DNA of 64,000 bases from Lepidodermella squamata (Eukaryota > Animalia > Gastrotricha), in the NCBI GenBank assembly GCA_047495785.1, contig JBLDXI010000002.1:2046001-2110000 (forward strand), given 5' to 3'. Below the pieces are notes generated by a model, which saw nothing but the letters and a program-made list of their open reading frames with translations, was not told the origin of the DNA and made no database searches. The translations under genes and the position numbers were made by a program. Shown in pieces: positions 1 through 11,953 of the stretch. Numbering within the stretch: position 1 is the stretch's first letter; every line of letters starts with the position of its first letter.

Positions 1-612
1 GATGAATGGCGCACAGCAAAAGCCATTAGTGAGTCTTACATCGAATTTCGCCTCGGGTAAATCGTAAAAGTCAGCAATAGGAAACAAGTCGGCATCGCTA
101 GTAACTAGATACAGATCCGGGTCGTGCGAGAACGGCTCGATATCTGCAACGAAAATTCTACCGATTTGAGCGAAACCGGTTTTCAGGTCATCCGGAACCG
201 GCAGGAAAATCACGGTAACACCGCCGAGGTTTTGTAGCGTTTCGTAAACGAAATTGAGGTGATGGCCAGATTGTAGCCAGGGTGAGTCATCGCCGGCTAT
301 GATAACTGCGGCTTCAAAGCCGAGCCGTCGCCAGGCTAGGGCAGTGATAGGAAGATAGAAGGCGTATGAGCATTCTGAATCCCCAGCCGCGCATCTTTGA
401 TTATCGACTGACGGCGTTGAGGCGGCTATTACGGCGACTTTTCGCCTCGTTTGGCCGCGGGATGGATCTTCGCAACTTAGTGGAGGATCTTTATAGCTTC
501 TCAAGGCCTCTTTATCGTGGTAGCGCCTTTGGAAAACCACATTCGAAGCAAGGTAAATTATGGCAAAAAATGATGAAATAAGAATTGCTACAGCTAAATT
601 ACGGCGTAACAT
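1..612 (-). CDS. Type II membrane DxD-motif protein, GT-A glycosyltransferase-like, paralogue 1 (3' end outside window)
   Basis: Manual translation from ATG at 612: MLRRNLAVAILISSFFAIIYLAS (TM)...RKVAVIAASTPSVDNQRCAAGDSECSYAFYLPITALAWRRLGF...YLVTSDADLFP. Same motifs as the adjacent paralogues. Not in the ORF track because it runs off the edge. Confidence 0.85.
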   Translation of the reverse strand, partial: MLRRNLAVAILISSFFAIIYLASNVVFQRRYHDKEALRSYKDPPLSCEDPSRGQTRRKVAVIAASTPSVDNQRCAAGDSECSYAFYLPITALAWRRLGFEAAVIIAGDDSPWLQSGHHLNFVYETLQNLGGVTVIFLPVPDDLKTGFAQIGRIFVADIEPFSHDPDLYLVTSDADLFPIADFYDLPEAKFDVRLTNGFCCAPFI

Positions 613-789
613 ATTTTAACAATTTTATAGCATTCATGTTGCTATCTGGTATGCCGCTGAGGCTTAAGATTATAACAGGCGCAATTGTTGGCATAAGAGC
701 AGCTTTGTAGGAGCTGCACTGTAATATTCCGCTTTTTACACTCAAGTCGAAAAGTAGCGCGCGAACAATAGAAATTCAAACGCTTTATT

Positions 790-2083
790 TCAGGAGCCCA
801 AATCTGGTTCGTGTAAATAATTGAACTTCGTTAAACGTTCGCTATGAATCGCCCTCAATTGATCGATCACTTGACTGATATTAGGAACTTGGGCTCCCAT
901 TCTCGTCATGAATTCGTGCCAATAAGTTGTCACGTTGAACGTCGGCCCGGTGATTAATTGAGCCAGTTGTTCGAGATTCAAAAAGTTCTTCAGCGTGTGA
1001 CCAGGTAAAGGGCAATGGGCATCGTGCACCCTGAGCCATTCAGACTCTATTTGGTGGCTCGGCCAGCCGACTCGGTCCCAACGAAACTTTTTGCCTGCCT
1101 CAGAACGCCTGCAGATCGATTTTTGAGCATGTCGGTAGAGCTGGATAGAAATCAGGGATTGATCCATGAACCATGAGGCAGAGGGCCCCCGAGTCACATT
1201 GACCGGTAGACCTTCGTATTCGGCTAAAATAGCCGCCTTAATCCGCTCGACAGGGTCAGTATTATTAGAAGTCTGCCTAATATTTTAAAATTTGGTCCCT
1301 TGTTGGTGCGAAGAGTTTCGAAATAAACCTGTAATTCATAACGGAATGCCAAGTAGAAACTCGCATGCCAACATTTGACAACGCAACCATAGCTAGAACC
1401 AACAAGTTATATACAGACATGCATAAAAAATCCTTACGAATTTGGTGTCCTCTGTGGTAAAATGGTTCGCAGCAATGACTACCAGTCAGTCGAATATCGA
1501 AATTTCTCGCCGGAAGCGAGAAAATATCGGTGATAGGAAAAAGGTCTGCATCGCTAGTGACCAGGTAGGTGTCCGGTTCCGAAGCTAATGGCTCCATATC
1601 GGCCGCGTAAAGTCTCCCGACTTGCGCTATACCCACCTTAAGCGACTCACTCGATGGCAGGAATATGACTGTCACATTCCCAATAGCGAGCAGGGTGTTG
1701 TAAACGAAATTCAGGTGGCTACCGGGCTCGAGCCATGGATTCCGCTCTCCAGCAATTAAAACTGTAGTGCCGTAGCCGAGTCGCCGCCAGGCCAAAGCAG
1801 TTAGAGGTAGGTAAAATGCATAGGAACATTGTGAATTGCCTTCCGCGCACTTTTCGTTGCTAATCGAAGGTGTTGTAGCTGAAATAACGGCAACTTTCTT
1901 TAACGGTGGCTTTCGTTGGTAGGCGCAGCTAGGAATCGGCTCGGTATAGAAGTACAGTATGTCCGATGTCTTATCGAGTGTGAAGAAATTCAGTTTCGAA
2001 ATTTCACGAACGAATGCCGTTGCAACAAATGCAAAAGCGGCAATTACTACGAAGAAAGACAGGGGATTACGAGGAAACTTCAT
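790..2083 (-). CDS. Type II membrane DxD-motif protein, GT-A glycosyltransferase-like, paralogue 2 (3 exons: 2083-1438, 1392-1329, 1276-790)
   Basis: N-terminal TM, SYAFYLPLTALAWRRLG, TSDADLFP (DxD), HCC, WFMDQ, DAHCPLPGH. GT-AG introns join ORFs 1277..2083 and 790..1197 in frame. Confidence 0.85.
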
Positions 2084-2268
2084 CTGAGTTCCTTCATCAC
2101 ATTAATCCTCTGGTTCCGCACTTTTGGCTCAACAGAGAGTGCAAAAACAAAGGCGCAGGGAAACAGAATTGTTGGTAAACGAGTACATTTTTATTTGTTA
2201 GCTATAAGTATAGTACACCGGCAGTTTCGCGCTTTATTCAAGCACTTTTCAACTTGGCACTTGGCACT

Positions 2269-3613
2269 TCAAGTTCCTAAATCTGGCTCATGCATGTAGA
2301 AGGATTGCTCAACTTTCTGCGATTCCGCTACTTCTTTTTCGATATCTTCCAACGGTTCGACTTTTGCGCCCATCAGCGTTGTGTAACGATGCCAATACGC
2401 TGTGACGTTTAGGGCTTTCCCAGCAATCATCTGGGCAAGCTCTTGCAGGGCCTTGAAATTCTTCTTCGTATGACCAGGCAGAGGGCAATGCGCGTCGTGG
2501 GCGTTGAACCATGCCTCCTTCGACTTGTGGTTAGGCCACGAAATGCGGTCCCATCGATTTCGGCCTTCCATGAAGTCGGACCTTCGACATGACGCGTTAG
2601 CTGCTGCCAGCCAGTGTTGCAAATGAATTGAGACAATTTGCTGATCGAAGAACCACTCGTTGTTTGGCCCTCTGTGGGCGTTTATCGGCAAATGACCGAA
2701 TTCTTTCATAATCGCTGTTTTGATTCGTTCGACAGGATTCGTATCGTTCGAAATCGCCCTGAACGATAGCAAAATTGAGTTTTGAATGAACGAAATCCTT
2801 CACAATACCGATAATTCATCATTGTATGCCAAGTTGAAATTCGCATTCCAACGCTAGACAAAGCAACCATAGCTTGAAAAATGAAGGTTGTATTTCAAGT
2901 AGTTGAAAGGGCTACGACTTACCAATGCTTTCGCCTTTATGAGGAAAAGGATCGCAGCAATGCCCGTTCGTCAATCTAACATCTTGGTTAGGCAGTTGTA
3001 AATCGTAAATATTAGAAATAGGAAATAAATCAGCATCACTAGTGACTAGGTACGTGTCGGGTTCTAACGAGAACGGTTCGATGTCTGCCGCGAAAACACG
3101 GCCAATTTGAGCCATTCCGACTTTCAAATCATCTGAGGTAGGCAGGAATATCACAGTAATATTACCGAGTTCATTCAGGGTTTTCAAGACGAAATTTAGA
3201 TGAGAGCCTTCTTTATGCCACGGCTTTTCATCGCCAGCGATTAACACAGCCGAGGCGTAACCATGACGTCGCCAGGATAATGCAGTGAGAGGTAGATAAA
3301 AAGCGTAGGAGCATTCCGAATTTCCAGCAGCACATTTTTCGTTATTGACCGAAGGTGTGGTTGCAGCAATCACCGCCACTTTCTTCTTAGGAAGACCGCG
3401 ACTTTTGTCGTCACATTTTAAAGGTGGGTCGTTGTAATGCTGCAGAGGAGGCTTTTTTGGTTCTTCAGCCTTTTGGGTTGTCGGAATTTCATGAATAATT
3501 CTAGCCTGTGGATCAGCGACCCTCCCAGCGTTGCTGATAATGCTTAGAACTGTTGCAGCGATCGCCAAGCTGATTAGTAATAGAGTAAGAGACAACAAAC
3601 GCCTGGGAAGCAT
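2269..3613 (-). CDS. Type II membrane DxD-motif protein, GT-A glycosyltransferase-like, paralogue 3 (3 exons: 3613-2923, 2872-2809, 2758-2269)
   Basis: Same motifs and same two intron positions as paralogue 2; C-terminus HEPDLGT vs HEPDLGS. Confidence 0.85.
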
Positions 3614-3826
3614 GATTTTCTTGACGTGGTTTGATAATCTGCAATTCTTGCGTTGACTGGTTCTTGCAGGTACGCAGCAGGGGTAAGGCGATCGATTCTC
3701 GACGTGGCGATCGGATAAAAAAGCGGCATTTCTTTATTTGACCAAGTTTTTTGGTAATTTATTATTAATTTTTCCTGTCATTTTTTAAGCAGTGCGATCT
3801 TCGATATATTGATCGACAAGCGTTTG

Positions 3827-6210
3827 CTATCCGCTCAATATAACAAGATTAGCCTCCTCGTCAGCGAGACCACCGGCAAAATCGAATTTAGTGACTTGTT
3901 TGATCCATGGAATGATCTGAAAGCAAATTAAGAGAACTGACTTGATTAACAGTGGATTTGACTCACATTGCAAACTCTGCTGTAAACACCAGGGTATTCA
4001 TTGGAGCCACACTGCTCGTTGCCCAAAGAAACCAGCCCAACCACGTAGGTTCGATTGTTCTTCGTGGCCATCAGAGGTCCCCCACTGTCTCCAAGGCAAG
4101 TGCTGACACCTGGCTGAGTTCCAGTGGCGCAAAACATTGATTCATATATGGAGTTATTCATTTTGGCCTGGCATTGTTTATATGGGGTGAAACCGAGCGG
4201 AACTGTCTTCATCGTCCGAGATGTTAATTTTGCTGTTTACAATCAAAGGACGTGCAAAATATGTAAATATATCTCCTTAAAATTTACGAACTCGCTGTGG
4301 CGCCCCAGCCAGCAGCAATGAAAGATGGGCTTCCATCTATGGACGTTGCCATAGATTCTTCGATGTCCACTGCTCCTTCGCACATTTTGTCGGGATTATC
4401 AGGCAGGCAGATAGCAGCGATTGATGAGCTAAGCGGCACTGGGGCGTTCAGTTTCAGCAGAACGTAATCATTCTCAGCCTCTTTGTAAGAGTACTTTGGA
4501 TGGACGTATAATGTTGCGTTTGTAACGACACGAATTAAGGCTGCCTCTTCATTTCCATTGAAAGATCGCAAGCCAAGTTTAACGATGAGGCTATGATTAA
4601 AGAACATGAAGGTTAATAAGATCAAATTTTTCATGCATTAACTTACACATCCGGAACTTGCAATCCGTCAGTTTCAACGCAATGAGCCGCGCTTAATACC
4701 CTAATAGTGCATTTGAGTTTTACGAATCAGCTCAACGAAAAGTCTTTTACCACGACGAGCTTATAAGTGCTCCGCCACAAAGCTTGGCTTCTTTTGTCCT
4801 CGTGTAGAAAATATCCAACTTTACCTGTAGCAAGATATGTAAGACGCAATGAGTTAAACGGCTTTTAATCAGTACTTACCATCCATGGATAGAAATCGGG
4901 GTAAGAATTACTTTCACCCGCTCGCTTTCCTCTACGCCGCCCAGCTGTGGTCGTAGCTACTTCATTGTTTGAGCTTTCCTTGCCCAGTTTGTACCATCCG
5001 CATTTCTTACATTCAGCGCCACGACAATTTTGGTATAGATGAGGAGTAGGTGTTGTTGACCTAGGACTCGCTTCCTCTCTAAGAAGTCCATACGGGCAGG
5101 TAGCGTTCAGCTCCTTAGCGAATCGTGGATCCCTATGCAGACACGCTATGTCCTTCAACGTTTGTCCCAGGCAATTAGTTCCGCTAGTTGGAAGTCGTCG
5201 TTCGCGCAGCAGGTGGCGGAAGGTTTCAAATGTACAAGCGTTAGTAGTGCTGGCCAGCGTCATCGCACAGTCCATGAGCAGTGTTTGCTGGCAAGCAGGA
5301 CTTCGCGCAAACATCGGAGCGCCGGATTGGATGAGCAGGCTGATTGTTTCGAATTTCGCAACTTTCACAGCCAGGTTGAGCGTGAACAACGGTTGCGATG
5401 GGGAGACGCCAAGTTCGATAAGTTTACGCAAAACGTTAAATCTACCGCTTTCTATTACATGCATCAGAACGTTTTTTGGCGGTTCGCCGAATTCTTGATT
5501 AATTGTATCTATGCCCCGTTTCCTTATCTCTGTCTCGTCCCATAGATAATCAAGGCACTCTAGATCGCCTTGGCGTAAACACCCGGCAAGAAAGGCTAAA
5601 AACACGTCGTTTCTAACGTGCTCCTTCGCCATGAGGCGCGGCGATTTCTTTTCACAGTCCAACATTTCAACCAATTCAGCCGACGAAGACACGTTCATTA
5701 GCAGGAGAACAATGTTGGAAGAGCAGTTGATGTTAGGGGTTAAACAAGTCATTAGAGGTGTCCTGTCGCAATCGTCGCTTTGAACATCAACTTCGGACTT
5801 GGCATCGACCAGCAGACGAACTAAACTGGCGTTTCCGGCGATGACTGCATAGTGAAGAGCCGCCTTTCCATCGTTGTCAACCGCATTAACATCCACACCC
5901 TTGGTAATCAAAGTCTTCGCCTCAGTCGCACGACCATTTTCAATAGCTTTAATTTCATTATTTGCGTGGAGATAAAAATTGCTTTGATGTGGAACTTACC
6001 CGCCATCAGATATGTTTTTCCACCTTCATCTTCATCCTGGAATCCAATGTTCAGAGATCTTTCCATCAAATCTCTTGCTTGCTTGTGGTTGCCACTCTTT
6101 AAAGCCGCCATCAAAGCCTGTTCGTTTCCAGCGGAACTCGCTGTCGCGATGGAGACGAATAATAAAGCGGAAGAAAGAAGGATTCTGTAAGTTAAAGATA
6201 AAATTCTCAT
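3827..6210 (-). CDS. Secreted ankyrin-repeat + S1A (chymotrypsin-like) serine protease fusion, ~686 aa, 7 exons (6210-6000, 5946-4880, 4824-4751, 4700-4647, 4590-4292, 4232-3967, 3916-3827)
   Basis: Signal peptide MRILSLTYRILLSSALLFVSIATASSA; ankyrin motifs GKTYLMAAIENG, GVDVNAVDNDGKAALHYAV, RTPLMTC; then CKKCG, RRRGKR, YPWM|VKL...CGGALISSSW|VLSAAHC, ENDYVLLKL, ICLP, GWG, CLGDSGGPL, PGVYSRV, PWI. All six introns are GT-AG and preserve frame. Confidence 0.82.
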
Positions 6211-7641
6211 AGTTCTGCGTCCTGCAGTCACGAATTCGAAAGTAACAAGCAGTGCACGCTCTCAGCAGCCAAAGTAGTAGCACGTGTGAGCTTTAATTCC
6301 CTTCGAATAAATCCGCTATAACAGCGCACAAAAAAGTCCAAAACAATGGCTTTCAACAATTCTAATGGGCTCAGTGTTTTCCAAGCAAGGGAATTAATGC
6401 CATGTACAAAGTCTTCGTTTTTTGTCAGGGGGTTAAAAGACCAAACAGGATACAGGATGTTAAAAATTTGTCGAGATTGCTCAGCCACTTCAAATGAATT
6501 TACTCATCGTTTCAACCGGTAATAAAATGGCGCCGAAGCTATTTTTCCCCTCTTTGCTTCGTAGCGTGCTCCTCATTTCTTCAGCAATAATCAGCAACCC
6601 CAATCTGCGATAGCGCAACCAACAAAACCATCGTCATATCCCTTCCAAGCTGTAACGCCAAGTCACCAAATCTATTTGCATGCAGTGATCTGGACGTGCG
6701 ATCAATTTTGATATATTTTGTCAACACCAATCCTGAACACTGCTATCCGAAAATCGAACGAAGAGTTGAGACAAACGGGCGAATAATGGTGGCAATGTGG
6801 ATAAGATGGCAGTCAATTATTTGCCGGCTTGCAGTAAGTATTCCAGATGTTCAACAAATCTTCAAGCATACAGCGCAGACGCCGAAGCATTCTCCTCAGA
6901 TTATCGAACTTAAGACATTAGTCAATCATAATCATCTTCAATTAGGTGATTGCATGGGTACCGCAATTCCAATGCTTCCCCACTCAGCTAGTCCACGTTC
7001 ATTCGTCTTGAAAAGTTTTTATTGGTGGCATTGCCCTTCAGAACGAGACAAACACCTCTAAGATTACCTTCGTCGATGGAAGTTCGAAAATGCCTTCGAA
7101 GTTTGGCTGGAATATGGTTAGTTAGTTACCATATTGAAGTATGGTAATGGGGAAAGGTTGTAATGGAAAATCCGGAACTTAGATTTTTGTTCTCCGTTTG
7201 ACCTCATCCACTACTGTTGCAAGGTCTCTTTCAACGTTTAGCAATATTACCTAATGATCTAATGGCAAACGGCAACCAGTTTCCAAATGCTCAAGTTTGC
7301 GTGGCGATCATGATGAACAAATTATTTTAAAGCAGTTTGAAGCAGAGGTATATTCAGCCGTCCACTTCCGAAATGAGCTTTGTACTTTTTATCGGCCCGT
7401 TTCCCGACAACTTCGCTAATTCATTGGGTCTTGGAAAGCGACCTCAGACTACCTTCGAACCTGGGTCGACGCTGACTGAATTACTGCAGCAAAAGTGTTT
7501 ATTAAATAAAGGTGTCAGTCATTAGAAAAGTTCAGCAATTTTGTATACCTATTATTTGGATTTATTTTATAGCCTTAATTTCAGCCCTCACCTTATCGAT
7601 ACTCAACAGGTGCGGGTCCACCCACTTCCCCCCTTTTAGGA

Positions 7642-7676
7642 GCTTGCAACTTGCAGCTTGCAGCTTGTAGCTTGTA
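7642..7676. repeat. Short 7-bp tandem repeat (GCTTGCA/GCTTGTA)n
   Basis: gcttgcaacttgcagcttgcagcttgtagcttgtag. Confidence 0.7.
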
Positions 7677-8982
7677 GTGACAAGGAAGTGGGCTCGATAC
7701 ACATTACGTATTTATTTACTAGAGGGAGAGGGAAGTTTAAGTTTCAAGGTTTGATTCCACCAGTTACCAGTTCAACTTTGAGTGAGTTCGCGATGCTTTT
7801 ACTTCTGGCTGGTTGCTTGTGTGGAATCTTAAACCTTATATTTTACTTGGACACTTTGTTTCCACCTTACCTTACTTGGTACTTCAAATTCTAGAAAATC
7901 TAAGCTAACATTTGCTCCCACTTTTAAGCTGTTTTGCGACTTGGCTCAATCAACTGTTGCATTAAGGCGATCGTATCGCAGGTATGTAAGCTAAGTAAAG
8001 GGATGATTACCTAATTCTCAAACCTCAAACTTCAAACCTATTCGTAATCAATAACTCTTGTGTCACTGAACCAATGTGTGCGTTCTTTACCATATTAGAG
8101 CCTTTACTGACGTATCAATATCATAGTGTTTCGACATTTTATTTCTGGGAGTCTCAATTTTAAAACACCTGTGACACAGATATTCAATGAAAACATCCCC
8201 AGGCATAGATTTGATAGCTAATTTCTCCGCTGCAGTTCTATCTAAAGACGGAGCTCACAGCCCCGAAGACACGCGTTTTTTGCGCATTGAATATATTTTC
8301 TGTTAGTTCTAGTTTCGGGCACGTGCTGTAATATCAATTGTCATTAATCGACGATGACAGAGATATCATCAGAAAAACTCGCCAAAGCCATAAGCTTTCA
8401 TTAATAGCAAATTAAGGCTGTCTCTTCGACTGATCATCGTAACTGCCACTACCCAAGTCAGTAGGTGATACCCCAGGAAAATTTTCTTATCTCCTCTGCT
8501 GGTCATCGTGTCGCCATTGGAAGTCATCGATTAACAGTTACTTATTCCGATTTCATCACCCCAACTTCTACACTCCTGACGCGTTTTTCGACTGGCTTTG
8601 CCGGTTGCCTGAGCCTGACCTCTCCGCTGTAGAAGAATAAGAAGATATGGATCACTTTTAGCCTAGTAAGAGCCGAATTATTAAATTGTCTCTACCTCTC
8701 CGTTGTTTGCTCAATCTACACGTAACATGGGCGTTTATCAGCGTGTTTTTATAGGAACGATTGGTGTTTAAAATTGCGGTTTTGGAGTGTCATTTCGGGA
8801 GTTAAGGACTGTTTTTCTTGCGATTTCGGCCAAATGTTGCAACGTAGGTGTCTGGGTGCAATAAAATTTTTAACCTGCTTAAAAAACACTGCGTATCTCT
8901 GAATAAGTAGCTTTATGATGGACCGTTGAGTGACGGTAACTATTCTAAACCTCGATGCAATTCAGCGTTTATTTTCTGCGTC

Positions 8983-9273
8983 AGTATGCGAACTATCTAG
9001 TCGAGAATAATTAATTACATAGCTTGAAACAACTATGGAATGTTAAATGAAGTTTCGTTGCAACACATTTCCTATTAGTCATACTGCTGTGTTTTGGCAA
9101 GTTTTTGCCTGAACTACCTGATTTTGCCTGATAGTATGCGAACTATCTAGTCAAGAATAATTAATTACATAGCTTGAAACAACTAGGGAATGTTAAATGA
9201 AGTTTCGTTGCATCACATTTCCTATTAGTCATACTGCTGATGTGTTTTGGCAAGTTTTTTTGCCTGAACTACC
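8983..9273. repeat. Near-identical tandem duplication of ~136-141 bp (8983-9118 and 9133-9273)
   Basis: Both copies read agtatgcgaactatctagtc(g/a)agaataattaattacatagc...gcctgaactacc with only a few substitutions/indels. Confidence 0.92.
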
Positions 9274-9601
9274 GGTTATACGCCCATGAATGCGCTTTAT
9301 CTGACGTATGCACTACCGCATTATAACATGGTATTTTTCTGATTACGGCGTCACAATGTATTTTTTACATAGTTTTGCTGGCTGATAAAATCCTCGAGTG
9401 AGAGGCGTACACTATTGTTGCTGATAAATAATTCTAATGCGACCTACAGCTTACAACTCGATATTTTTTATACGTTGCTAGCACGCTTTTCGTCACCGCG
9501 TGCAATTTTACTTTTTTTTAATATGAATCAGCACTGTTGGGGTCTCGTGCCATCATTGCTGTATCATTTTTTATGCTCTTTCATAGGAATTTTGTTTAAA
9601 A

Positions 9602-11953
9602 ATGAGTAGAGCTTATTCAGAGCTCGAAAGTTACCAATATGGCGGGTTCTACGAACCGCAAAATGAATACTACTACCAAGACCAGTTTTATGGTCAGCCT
9701 TTGTCATCGCAATATCCGTACGAGTTGCAGCCGTACGGTCAATACAACGAGCCGGAAATTCAGCCGGGTCAAGTTGAATTTTCGCCACTGAAAAGAAAAG
9801 CTAACTTTTTGGATAATGACTACGCGTTGATGCCTCCACCGCCGAAGATGATGCCGATAGCTGTTGAATTCAGCCGGGATAGTCTGGTCACGCCGCAGCC
9901 AGTGCCGGAAAACTTCTTCGATCCCAACTCGCCGAGCTATATAGCCCCGACTCCTGCAGTCGACGAGCAGCAATCACTCGAGTCACCCGACGACTTGTTC
10001 GGCCTCACCGAAATTCACCCTGTTAGTTTTCCATAGTTAAATCTGCTTAGAATAACGCTCGAAATCGAGATCAAATAGCGATCTCAGGCACCTTATGAGA
10101 TTAACATTTTAATTTTCTGTAACAGGATTACACTGATACGCCGTCCGATATTGACGCATTAGATCCGTCGATTTCAGCGCCGATTTTCGACGAAGATTCC
10201 AACGGAATTCCGATTCTAGACGGCGCTGATGTCAACATTCACGAGTCGCTGTCTTCCGCAGTGGGCATCCAGGATCACCTCGGACAGCCATCGACCAGCA
10301 GCACCAGCAGCTCGCCTGAATACGAGAAGGACCCGCTAAAGGCCTTCAGAGCCGCGAACTTGCCCAAATGCTTCCATGCGACGCATATTGAAGGCTTCGT
10401 CAACAAGCAAATTTGCTATGAAAAACCGGCGAACTTCGTCGTCCGATGTGTTCATTGCCGCGAGGCTTACAGCATGGTAAGCTGATTTATTTTAGTTTGA
10501 ATGAAAAATGAGTCTTCATATTTAATACATTTTTTGGGGAAATTGGAATTGAATTAAAATCGGGAGATTAGACTTGAAAAATTACTGTGATAACCGCTTG
10601 AAGTTGAGGTTAGGGTTAGCATAAAATCCGAATTCTCAATCGGTTTCAGATCAATAATTGTTGAAATAAATTGTCCAAAAATACCAAAATTTATGACTCT
10701 AATTCGATTTTCATCAGAAATTTACGTTTCCTTTAAGTTGGACAACTTTATTGCAATTTTTGCAGTAAATTAAACCAATTAAAAAATTAATTCGCAAGAG
10801 CCAATGATTTTATTCAACTAATTAAACTCAAATTGTTGATCCTTGAAAATTCTTAAAATTTGTTTTTAATTAACTATCGCATTTTTTTAATAGAAAAAAT
10901 CAATTTTGGGAAGCCACGGGCAAAATCATTGATTTCAGCCTAGGTTGATTAAACTCTTGAATTCAGAGGCTCATGTTGAAGATCTTAAATTACCTCAGGG
11001 AACAGGGCAAAATCTCAAACTATTTGAGCCTTAAAAACATTTCACCGAAAGTTTTAAATTCCGATTTTATTTCTTAGCTTCCGCCCGAGTTGTTGGCAAA
11101 GTTTGGAGATGCGCTGAAGGGCCGGTATTATGACCAAAACAAGAACCACACGATCGCTGTTTTCCTTGACATGGGCGATCACGACCTGCTAGTTTCGTTG
11201 ATCTTCGCGAAACAACACGAAGAGGCTGCGATTGCCAGCAACCAACGCCGTGTTACCTTCGAGTGCCACAACACGCTGCAAGCGGCTGACCTAGAGGAAA
11301 ATGTCCACATCTTCGCCGACGAATTGATGCGCGAAGCCCTGGTGGGCTATTTCCAATTGTTGGGAAAATGCGGCTACTACTCGGCGCATTTCAAAGCGGG
11401 CGACGAGGCTAGCCAGCAGTGGTGTCGCACCCTGATCGACCGGGCCATCGAGGCCGGGGCGGCTGTTGACTGCCAGACCATGGGCGCGGCACCGCGGCGC
11501 ATCTACACTTTCTACGACTGGCTGCACGAGAAGGTGAAGAGTCGGCGAAACATCGGCAACATGCCTTTGTTTGACGGCGACAAGCTGATGACGGCCATTG
11601 TTGATACAATTGTCAGACAGGAAAGGCAGAGAGGCCGGTTCGATGAGAACAAAATGTGGCTGGCTGTTAACACGGCGGTAAAGAAGGTGGACGATTTCGC
11701 GTTTGTCGCCGTCCTCCGCAACCCGGGCGCTGTTAAAACGGACTTGGCGTCGCGTTGCAATTGCGTCGATTACTGCCAAGCGGCCCCGGATTGCGGCATG
11801 ACGGCGAAGGCGATGCAGCCCAGCAGGGACCAGTCGATTTTCGACTCGTGCTCGCGTTTTGTTGAAACTACCCACCAGTTCAATTTTCGCTTCGATCAGC
11901 TTGACCTAGCGAAGATTTGCACGAGCGAGGTCATTCAACACGTTTGCTGCTGA
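9602..11953 (+). CDS. Stand-alone divergent p300/CBP-like (KAT11) HAT-domain protein, paralogue 1, ~548 aa (exons 9602-10021, 10126-10476, 11078-11953); likely pseudoenzyme
   Basis: Phase-0 GT-AG introns join three ORFs. The C-terminal ~330 aa align by eye to the p300 HAT: FRAANLP, VVRCVH, SNQRRV, EALVGYF..LGKCGY..AH, QQWCRTLIDRA, MPLFDGD, FAFVAVL, FRFDQLDLAKICT. The N-terminus is Y/Q/P/acidic low complexity with a KRK motif. Confidence 0.75.

Noticed and set aside
6300-8900. Short ORFs and coding-like composition between the ankyrin-protease and KAT11-like genes
   Set aside because: No recognisable motif or consistent splice model. It may be a decayed gene or TE, but I cannot support a call.
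8982-9090. C/D box snoRNA interpretation of the duplicated unit
   Set aside because: No proper RUGAUGA box C, and the terminal CUGA is present in only one copy.
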